Shown: positions 1 to 6,201 of the stretch, piece by piece
Layout: the number at the start of each line of letters is the position of its first letter
Position numbering within the stretch: position 1 is the stretch's first letter
From: a virus
DNA: 34,790 nucleotides
Virus genome (UHGV): UHGV-0385761
Strand: one strand, 5' to 3'
The notes under the pieces: model-generated
Database searches by the model: none
Seen by the model: the letters and a program-made list of their open reading frames with translations, nothing else
What the model was told of the DNA's origin: nothing
Translations under genes and position numbers: made by a program

Positions 1-819
1 GCACAGGATGGAATCTTGCAGGCAGAGGATGACTGGAATTGCGCTTGGCACTGTGGAGACACCAGCGGAAATCTGAATTATCTGAGTATCGAAGTATGCC
101 AGAGCATGGGTAATCTGGATGTATTTAAAGCAAACGAGGAAAAAGCATTGCAGTTGGCGGCACAGAAGTGTAAGCAGTACGGAATCACACCAAGCACAAG
201 CACAATCAGACTCCATCAGGAAGTGTATGCCACATCATGCCCTCACAGATCTGTAGAGATTCACGGCGGCAGAGAAGCTACAAAATCCTACTTTATTAAA
301 CGGATTAAGGAGTATATGGGTGGTAATGTCACGCCGCCAACTTATGTATCTGGAGGACAGGCGCAGGCTCAAGCTGCACAGAGACAGCCGGAAGTAGTAT
401 TTACTTACGCCGTCAAACTGGAGGACGGACGCATCTTGCCGTTTGTTCGCAATCTCACAGATTTTGCCGGGATTCAAGGTAAGCGCATCACGGATGTAGC
501 TATTAAGGTGGATAAAGGCTCCGTAAAATACAGAGTCCACGTGATTGGAAGAGGGTGGCTGCCTTATGTGACCGGATGTAACTGGAATGACCACAACAAC
601 GGCTATGCAGGTACAGGACAGCCAATCGATGCAATCGAGGTGTACTACAATACTCCAGCGGATTATGCGGCAAAATATGGCTACCAGAAAGCGCAGTACC
701 GTGTCAGTCCGGTAAATGGAACATACTGGGATTGGCAGTATGATAATGAGAACGGAAACGGACAGGACGGATATGCTGGAGCGTTCGGGCAGGCAATCGA
801 TAGATTCCAGTTGTTCTAA
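1..819 (+). CDS. Endolysin, N-acetylmuramoyl-L-alanine amidase (Amidase_2/PGRP) C-terminal part plus putative cell-wall-binding domain; partial, continues from the window end
   Basis: Frame 1 is open from nt 1. It carries AWHCGD, NxxSIEVC and the H..CP zinc-ligand motifs of Amidase_2. A C-terminal domain of about 150 aa follows. The stop is at 817-819. Confidence 0.8.
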   Translation, partial: AQDGILQAEDDWNCAWHCGDTSGNLNYLSIEVCQSMGNLDVFKANEEKALQLAAQKCKQYGITPSTSTIRLHQEVYATSCPHRSVEIHGGREATKSYFIKRIKEYMGGNVTPPTYVSGGQAQAQAAQRQPEVVFTYAVKLEDGRILPFVRNLTDFAGIQGKRITDVAIKVDKGSVKYRVHVIGRGWLPYVTGCNWNDHNNGYAGTGQPIDAIEVYYNTPADYAAKYGYQKAQYRVSPVNGTYWDWQYDNENGNGQDGYAGAFGQAIDRFQLF

Positions 820-825
820 TAAAAA

Positions 826-853
826 TCCCCTCGGAGATCAGTTATCTGAGGGG
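826..853 (+). terminator. Putative rho-independent terminator after the lysin
   Basis: CCCCTCGGAGAT-cagtt-ATCTGAGGGG, an imperfect stem of about 10 bp, followed by an A/T-rich tract. Confidence 0.4.
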
Positions 854-891
854 AATAATATTATTTTCCATCAAAATGTATTTTTAATAAA

Positions 892-919
892 TTCAATTCA
901 AACCCCTCTGTGCTATAAT
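892..919 (+). promoter_or_regulatory. Sigma70-like promoter with extended -10 (TGcTATAAT) for the downstream moron ORF
   Basis: TTCAAT (892-897), 16-bp spacer, TGCTATAAT (911-919). Confidence 0.45.
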
Positions 920-950
920 ATATGTAGTCAATACAAGAGGGGGAGCAAGT

Positions 951-1130
951 ATGGAATATCAAATATACGAATCTTACGATACATTTTTGCTTTACCAAGA
1001 GTTTTTGGAGATACCAGGTAATACATTCAAGTTCCGGCTGCCAGAAGGGATGATCCTGACAACCGAAATGATGCACACCTTTTTACGGGCGGCATATATG
1101 AGTGTTGGACGGATGGATCTGCCGTCCTGA
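951..1130 (+). CDS. Hypothetical 59-aa protein (moron between the lysin and attP/int)
   Basis: Strong RBS AGAGGGGGAG 5 nt before the ATG and its own promoter. Product MEYQIYESYDTFLLYQEFLEIPGNTFKF... has no recognisable family. The track misses it (under 60 aa) and shows a minus-strand antisense ORF here instead. Confidence 0.45.
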   Translation: MEYQIYESYDTFLLYQEFLEIPGNTFKFRLPEGMILTTEMMHTFLRAAYMSVGRMDLPS

Positions 1131-1145
1131 ATATTGTATCATTTA

Positions 1146-1195
1146 TTTTGTACTAATTATACTGCTCCAAATGGGGCTAAACACTTAGTACAAAA
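1146..1195. promoter_or_regulatory. Candidate attP core: perfect 11-bp inverted repeat TTTTGTACTAA / TTAGTACAAAA flanking a 28-bp spacer
   Basis: The 50-bp element sits 5 bp from the serine-recombinase stop codon. Its size and symmetry are typical of large-serine-integrase attP sites. Confidence 0.5.
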
Positions 1196-1199
1196 CAGA

Positions 1200-2600
1200 T
1201 TATAAAAAATCTACAGCTTTAATCGTATTGTCATCATTTAGGTAAATCTCCTGTATTGTGGATCGCCAAAAAGAACGCCTGTTTTCCGGAGACAGCGAAT
1301 CATACATCTGGCGAAAGTCAGTTTTTAATAGTTCTTCTACATAATGCAGGTTTCTCGTCTCTTCTTCCTCGCAAAAAGCAGCAGAAGCGGAATATTCTCT
1401 CTCCAATCTTTGGTACTCCTTATCGTAGTAATCGTAAGAAATCCGCCCTTTTTGAAATAATATATTTAATCGTTCCATTTCTTTTCTAAGCTTTTTCGGA
1501 TCTTTCGCTTTCTTTTGCTTTTTTAACTCTTCGCTGATCTGGTTGGTGCGAACCTTATACTTTTCGTACTCTCTTTCAAGATTTTCGAGCAGATATTTTT
1601 CGATAAGGTTCTGGCTCACCCTATGCCTATACGTGCAAATATGGTCTTTAAGCGCTCTATTGCAACGGTAGTAGCAGTACGTCCTTTTTTCCCACGTTTT
1701 ACGATTTATAACGGACGAGCATCCTGTACCGACTAATTTCTGTCCGCATACAGGGCAACGTATTAAACCAGTAAATAGGTATACTCTGCCAGATGGTGTG
1801 CTTTTTATATTTCTTTTCGAGATAGTTTGCATCTCATCCCATTCTTTTTCTGACAGGTATGCTGGACAATAAGGGTATCCTCTGTACGTCCCCTTGTAAA
1901 ATTCGCTCGATAACATTGTTCTCAACATTCCATAGCTAAAATCAATACCATAGGCCTCTTGCATGTACCGGACAGCACCTTTTTTGGAGTTATGGATTCT
2001 AAAATAATTAAAAAAATCTTCCACCATGTGTTCTGTTTCCGGATCCTTAACCATGCATTTCTTTCCATCCACAACGCCTGTTTTATATCCAAAAGGCATA
2101 TTTGCATCTCCGAATATTAACTTCCTCTGTCTTATAGATGCTTCATTCACAAATTTAATTCGCTCGGATGTGGTGTCTACTTCGTTTTGACCGATCGACA
2201 GCACTACATTTAACTGCAATCGTCCATCTCTTGTCTCCATGTTTATACCGGGCTCTGATACGGAAATCCAGCGAACACCATGATCATCAAGCACATCTTG
2301 CACCTTATAAAAATCAGAAAGATTTCGAAACCATCTGTCGAGTCTCCAGAAAATTATCACATCAATTTTATCCCTTTTTACGTCCTCTACAAGAGCGTGT
2401 ATGGCTTTTCTTTTCTTCAATTCTTTTCTGGCAGTCTTTCCCTCGTCCGCATAGACGCCTACTATAGACATATTGTTGTCTGTTGCGTATTGCTCCAGGC
2501 ATTCTTTCTGTGCTTGCAGAGACTTGCCATGTACGCTCTGCTCAAATGTGGAGACGCGGATGTATATGGCACACCGCAGTATTTTTTCTGGCATTTGCAT
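1200..2600 (-). CDS. Large serine recombinase (phage integrase)
   Basis: N-terminal resolvase domain with the YIRVSTFEQ catalytic serine motif, a recombinase domain, a CxxC...C zinc ribbon and a coiled-coil tail. The start is taken at MQMPEK (ATG 2600) after the RBS AAGGAGAG; the track's upstream extension lacks an RBS. Confidence 0.9.
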   Translation of the reverse strand: MQMPEKILRCAIYIRVSTFEQSVHGKSLQAQKECLEQYATDNNMSIVGVYADEGKTARKELKKRKAIHALVEDVKRDKIDVIIFWRLDRWFRNLSDFYKVQDVLDDHGVRWISVSEPGINMETRDGRLQLNVVLSIGQNEVDTTSERIKFVNEASIRQRKLIFGDANMPFGYKTGVVDGKKCMVKDPETEHMVEDFFNYFRIHNSKKGAVRYMQEAYGIDFSYGMLRTMLSSEFYKGTYRGYPYCPAYLSEKEWDEMQTISKRNIKSTPSGRVYLFTGLIRCPVCGQKLVGTGCSSVINRKTWEKRTYCYYRCNRALKDHICTYRHRVSQNLIEKYLLENLEREYEKYKVRTNQISEELKKQKKAKDPKKLRKEMERLNILFQKGRISYDYYDKEYQRLEREYSASAAFCEEEETRNLHYVEELLKTDFRQMYDSLSPENRRSFWRSTIQEIYLNDDNTIKAVDFL

Positions 2601-2769
2601 CACTCTCCTTTTGTAAAATATATTTAAAATTGGTACAAAAATAACAGCCAGCGCAAAACATATGTTCCGCTTGTGTGACTGCCCCGAAGATGATACAATA
2701 TTCGTGGATTTCAATCGCATATCTTCGGATATGTATACCGTCTCTGTTGGCGCAGGGGCGGTTTTTAAT

Positions 2770-3147
2770 TTACTGATTGATGATCATTCCTGCCCCGTCT
2801 CTGAAAGTTCCCGTAGCAATTTTAATAATGTCGTAGATATATCCGATGCCAAAACACCCGCCAGTGAGTAACCAAATAATACCAGTCCCAATTTTTCCTA
2901 CGTAAAATCTATGTATTCCTAGGACTCCTAGTAGGATTGCAAGGATAAGTGTTACGACCTTACTCTTTGGGCTAGTGCCTGATGCAAACCCTGAATTTAC
3001 CACATTTGCCTGAGCAGTGTTGTTAATCACAACGCTTGATGCTCCCGAAGTTTCGATCTTTTCAACTTGTTTCCCGCATTTTGGGCAAACAACGCAGTCT
3101 GCACTGATCTGCTCACCGCAATGCTTACAAAATTTTGTTTCGCTCAT
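2770..3147 (-). CDS. Zinc-ribbon plus TM2-domain membrane protein (lysogeny-module cargo; possible superinfection exclusion)
   Basis: [15 protein letters not shown] zinc ribbon at the N-terminus. The C-terminal TM2 domain motif is [39 protein letters not shown] precedes ATG 3147. Confidence 0.8.
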   Translation of the reverse strand: MSETKFCKHCGEQISADCVVCPKCGKQVEKIETSGASSVVINNTAQANVVNSGFASGTSPKSKVVTLILAILLGVLGIHRFYVGKIGTGIIWLLTGGCFGIGYIYDIIKIATGTFRDGAGMIINQ

Positions 3148-3276
3148 TTCATTTTCTCCTTTTCCTCTGTACTTTTCCCACAATTTATATATAAACGCCT
3201 AAGCGGTTATACCATATTAAATTAAAATCTTCCATCAATCCTTATAAAATATAAGAACAAATGTTCGAATAAAATG

Positions 3277-3305
3277 TTGATTTTTGTCCCCTGAGATAGT
3301 ATTAT
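3277..3305 (+). promoter_or_regulatory. Near-consensus promoter TTGATT-17-TATTAT flanked by TGTTCGAA / TTCGAACA inverted repeats (3262-3269, 3318-3325)
   Basis: Read directly from the sequence. The -35 hexamer overlaps an ATGTTGA motif that resembles the switch operator half-site TGTTGA. Confidence 0.45.
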
Positions 3306-3354
3306 ATGTTCAGGGATTTCGAACAAGTGTTTTTGTAGTTAGGAGGGACTCACG

Positions 3355-3465
3355 ATGGACGAATTAAATATCTTGTTATCCAAGCTCAACGGTAATGATT
3401 ATAAAATCATCCGGCAGCTTGTTTCGATATTACATAGGTATCTGGAGCGAAGAGGGAGACTTTAG
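3355..3465 (+). CDS. Hypothetical 36-aa peptide (MDELNILLSKLNGNDYKIIRQLVSILHRYLERRGRL)
   Basis: RBS AGGAGGG 7 nt upstream and a consensus promoter upstream. It is convergent with the repressor gene. Confidence 0.4.
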   Translation: MDELNILLSKLNGNDYKIIRQLVSILHRYLERRGRL

Positions 3466-3482
3466 TCTTCCCCTTTTTTATT
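3454..3482 (+). terminator. Putative terminator at the convergence of the 36-aa ORF and the repressor gene
   Basis: GGGAGAC-ttta-GTCTTCCC imperfect stem followed by CTTTTTTATT. Confidence 0.35.
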
Positions 3483-3854
3483 CAATCCAGATCCTACGCT
3501 TTTAAAATACTCTCTTATAACAAGTTTTGACTTCTCATCCATTTCCTGATATTTCTTCATCATTTCTATAATAATATCGTAAAAAGGATTTCCGACGCCG
3601 TCGTATTCAAGCAAGTCTTCTACGTAGTGGCCTACTTCATCAGATGGCTGTTTAAACATTTCTCCATTTCCGGATCTTAACCACTCTTCGTTCACGCTGT
3701 ATTTATTGCATAAATCAGAAATAACTCTATCACTCGGAATTGCTTTTCCTATTTCATATGTAGCAATCGTATTTCTTTTTAATCCAAGTTTATCAGCAAG
3801 TTCTTGCTGCGTTATTCCTATTGTCTTGCGCAGCTCTTTTATGCGCTCATTCAT
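3462..3854 (-). CDS. XRE-family HTH transcriptional repressor (cI-like phage repressor)
   Basis: N-terminal HTH_XRE (IKELRKTIGITQQELADKLGLKRNTIATYE). RBS AGGAGGTG precedes ATG 3854 (MNERIK...). The C-terminal domain is not peptidase S24. Confidence 0.85.
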   Translation of the reverse strand: MNERIKELRKTIGITQQELADKLGLKRNTIATYEIGKAIPSDRVISDLCNKYSVNEEWLRSGNGEMFKQPSDEVGHYVEDLLEYDGVGNPFYDIIIEMMKKYQEMDEKSKLVIREYFKSVGSGLNKKGED

Positions 3855-3878
3855 TGGCACACCTCCTATTCAATGTAG

Positions 3879-3908
3879 ATTATAAACTACAGAGAGATAA
3901 ATGTCAAT
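3879..3908 (-). promoter_or_regulatory. Consensus promoter for the repressor gene (TTGACA-18-TATAAT on the minus strand)
   Basis: Plus-strand TGTCAA at 3903-3908 and ATTATA at 3879-3884. Confidence 0.55.
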
Positions 3909-3915
3909 TAAAAAA

Positions 3916-3932
3916 TGTTGAAAAAATCAACA
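3916..3932. promoter_or_regulatory. Operator palindrome TGTTGA-aaaaa-TCAACA between divergent promoters; further TTGA/TCAA half-sites up to 3954
   Basis: Perfect 6+5+6 palindrome. ATCAAC (3926-3931) and GTTGAT (3949-3954) form a second, overlapping inverted repeat. Confidence 0.5.
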
Positions 3933-3940
3933 AAAAGGTA

Positions 3941-3969
3941 TTGACAAAGTTGATTAACCGACGTACAAT
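3941..3969 (+). promoter_or_regulatory. Consensus early rightward promoter TTGACA-17-TACAAT
   Basis: TTGACA 3941-3946 and TACAAT 3964-3969. It drives a leader of about 140 nt to the ORF at 4118. Confidence 0.55.
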
Positions 3970-4117
3970 AGTCGTACAACAACAAAACAACAACACAAAC
4001 CAAAACAGAAAACGCTGACCTATAAGCCGGATACGTTCCGGCACTGTAATGCAGCCGAAGCCGGTTCCAAGCCCGGAAGATGCAGAGGACAGAATATAAG
4101 AAAGGAGGAGTGAAGAG

Positions 4118-4474
4118 ATGCATGAAATTTTTTGCACACGCAAAACATTTTTAAGTGGAGAATCCATCGCAGCAATATCTTTTGAGCTTCCCGAAAAAGA
4201 GTGGGAAGAATTGAAAGAAACGCAAGGATGGCAATTCGTAGAAAGATTTTTAAATCGAAAGAGAAAAGGGGTTGTAAATAATTTCGAACTTTTAAAAGCG
4301 ATTAGTGCTGAACGAGAATTCAGTGAGATGATCATTGCGTTGGCGGAAGAATTTAAAACGCCTGAAAAGCTGGAAGAGGCTTTAAAAAAGGAAATTTCAG
4401 AGGAAGAGCTGCGACATACATTAGAAGCAGCTCAAGAAAGTGATTATCCTCTATTCTTTTCAGGCATGCAGTAA
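4118..4474 (+). CDS. Hypothetical protein in the cro position (no obvious HTH)
   Basis: RBS AAGGAGGAG. The product is an acidic 118-aa protein. It is the first gene of the rightward operon. Confidence 0.6.
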   Translation: MHEIFCTRKTFLSGESIAAISFELPEKEWEELKETQGWQFVERFLNRKRKGVVNNFELLKAISAEREFSEMIIALAEEFKTPEKLEEALKKEISEEELRHTLEAAQESDYPLFFSGMQ

Positions 4475-4671
4475 GCACAGCCGTTTCTGTTTACAGCAAG
4501 CATGGAAGCAAAAATCACAGCTTCTGTATAAGTGTCGCAGTTAAAAACATGTTCTGGTTTTATTTCATCGATTTGACATTGCGGTGTTTCGCGGTCTAGA
4601 TCGTGAATTTCTCCAGTGTTTTTGTTTAAAACAAATTGCTTTCCGTTAAAAGGTGAATTACAACGTCTCAT
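4444..4671 (-). CDS. Cys-rich hypothetical protein (75 aa), convergent within the early operon
   Basis: RBS AAAGGAG precedes ATG 4671 (MRRCNSPFNGKQFVLNKNTGEIHDLD...GCAYCMPE). It overlaps the 3' end of the 4118 ORF by 31 nt. Confidence 0.5.
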   Translation of the reverse strand: MRRCNSPFNGKQFVLNKNTGEIHDLDRETPQCQIDEIKPEHVFNCDTYTEAVIFASMLAVNRNGCAYCMPEKNRG

Positions 4672-4797
4672 AAAATCGCTCCTTTCGTAATACTCAGGCA
4701 TGGCAGTGCCCTGTATTTACAGTATAGGAGATAAACGAAAAGGAAGCAATCCCGCCACGGAGGTTACGACGGCAATAAAAATAGGAGGTAAAAGGTA

Positions 4798-5571
4798 TTG
4801 AATGAATTATTTACAATCAACACAGACGGTAACGAACCAACCGTATCTGCCAGAGATCTTCATAAGGCTCTTGGGATCAGAAAAAGATTTTCCGAATGGT
4901 TCGAAAAGAATTCGCAAGGATTTATTGAGAATGAGGATTTCTCCAACCCGTACCTGAAAGTACGAGTTCAGATCGAGGGTGGAAGAGAAGTACAGAGAGA
5001 GGTTGAAGATTTTGATTTGTCAGTAGACATGGCAAAGCACATCTGCCTAATGAGCAGAACTGACAAAGGGAGAGAATGCAGACAAAGATTAATTGACCTC
5101 GAAAAAGCATGGAACACACCAGAACAGGTAATGGCAAGAGCCTTAAAGATGGCAGGAAAGACCATTGACAGCCTAAAAGACAGGTGCAAATTCCTCGGAG
5201 GGCAGGTTGTGGAACAGCAGAAATTGATCGAGGAAATGACACCAAAAGCGAACTATGTTGACCATATTCTGGAATCAAAATCGTTGGTAGCGACTACGCA
5301 GATCGCCAAAGACTATGGAATGTCAGCGGTGCGATTTAACCGGATTCTGAACGATATGAAAATCCAGTACAAGGTTAATAAACAGTGGGTGCTCTACTCA
5401 AAATATCAGAATTGCGGCTATGTGCATAGTAAAACAATCGATATTACAAGGAGCAACGGAGATCCGGATGTAACAATGCAGACGCAGTGGACACAGAAAG
5501 GGCGCTTGTTTTTATACGAGGAGCTTAAGAAAAACGGCATCTATCCAGTAATTGAGCTGAACGCAGCATAA
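4798..5571 (+). CDS. Phage antirepressor (AntA/ORF6N N-terminal domain plus KilA-C C-terminal domain)
   Basis: N-terminal TVSARDLHKALGIRKRFSEWFEKN and C-terminal LVATTQIAKDYGMSAVRFNRILNDMKIQYK. TTG start after AGGAGGT. Confidence 0.85.
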   Translation: MNELFTINTDGNEPTVSARDLHKALGIRKRFSEWFEKNSQGFIENEDFSNPYLKVRVQIEGGREVQREVEDFDLSVDMAKHICLMSRTDKGRECRQRLIDLEKAWNTPEQVMARALKMAGKTIDSLKDRCKFLGGQVVEQQKLIEEMTPKANYVDHILESKSLVATTQIAKDYGMSAVRFNRILNDMKIQYKVNKQWVLYSKYQNCGYVHSKTIDITRSNGDPDVTMQTQWTQKGRLFLYEELKKNGIYPVIELNAA

Positions 5572-5581
5572 GGAGGTACGC

Positions 5582-5740
5582 ATGAGCGATAAAGATAAAA
5601 AAGAAATTGCAGAAATGGTAAGAAAGGCAAAGCATCTGGCAGAAAACGATCCGCAGGGCTTCATGCTCGCCAAGAATAGTATAGATATTTTAAAGGCGAG
5701 ATCTGACATGGATGCAGTAGATGAAAAAGAGAATAACTAG
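5582..5740 (+). CDS. Hypothetical 52-aa protein
   Basis: RBS AGGAGGT 4 nt before the ATG. Not in the track (under 60 aa). Confidence 0.45.
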   Translation: MSDKDKKEIAEMVRKAKHLAENDPQGFMLAKNSIDILKARSDMDAVDEKENN

Positions 5741-5792
5741 GACAACATATCTCGGACAATCCATCCAGCATACATAGTAGAGAGGTGATTTT

Positions 5793-5906
5793 ATGAAGCC
5801 AGATATGGAAAAAATCATACAAGTGTTGATGTCTCTTATCGAAGAACAGGAACATGTGAAAATTGATTACACACTCGAAAAGAGGACAGAAGAGGAAACC
5901 GCCTAG
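5793..5906 (+). CDS. Hypothetical 37-aa protein
   Basis: RBS GAGAGGTGA precedes the ATG. The stop lies inside the palindrome CCGCCTAGGCGG. Confidence 0.35.
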   Translation: MKPDMEKIIQVLMSLIEEQEHVKIDYTLEKRTEEETA

Positions 5907-5927
5907 GCGGTAGAAGGGAGGACAAGC

Positions 5928-6116
5928 ATGGAGATTAAAGGAACCTACCACTGCCAGACCACTCAGCAACCAAACACATTAAACAGCTGGGACATCCGCT
6001 CCGTATCGGTAGATCTGCCGGAAGAAGAGGACAAGCCTTATTGGATCAGAGCTGGAGTGGCAGTGATCGGGTTTATCTTGGTGCTACTGGCGTGGTATCT
6101 GGTGTTTGGGTATTAA
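5928..6116 (+). CDS. Small membrane protein (62 aa, C-terminal TM helix)
   Basis: RBS GAAGGGAGGA. Hydrophobic C-terminus GVAVIGFILVLLAWYLVFGY. Confidence 0.5.
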   Translation: MEIKGTYHCQTTQQPNTLNSWDIRSVSVDLPEEEDKPYWIRAGVAVIGFILVLLAWYLVFGY

Positions 6117-6201
6117 AAAGAGTGCTGTCACAGGGCGGCAACCCTCGAGCACTCAAGAAATTAAAACAGTTAAATTGTAGACGAAAAGGAGAAGTTTGTA
6201 A

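Noticed and set aside
861-1076. 71-aa minus-strand ORF in the lysin-int interval
   Set aside because: It has no RBS and lies antisense to a + strand ORF (951..1130) that has an excellent RBS and promoter. It is most likely a shadow ORF.
2600-2720. N-terminal 40-aa extension of the integrase (track start at 2720)
   Set aside because: The extension is hydrophobic junk with no RBS. A strong RBS, AAGGAGAG, precedes the internal MQMPEK start.
2662-2871. 69-aa + strand ORF overlapping the TM2 gene
   Set aside because: It is antisense to a well-supported gene and has no RBS.
5899-5910. 12-bp perfect palindrome CCGCCTAGGCGG
   Set aside because: It is isolated and overlaps a stop codon, with no T-run. 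It is probably a chance or restriction-site palindrome and there is too little evidence for a function.
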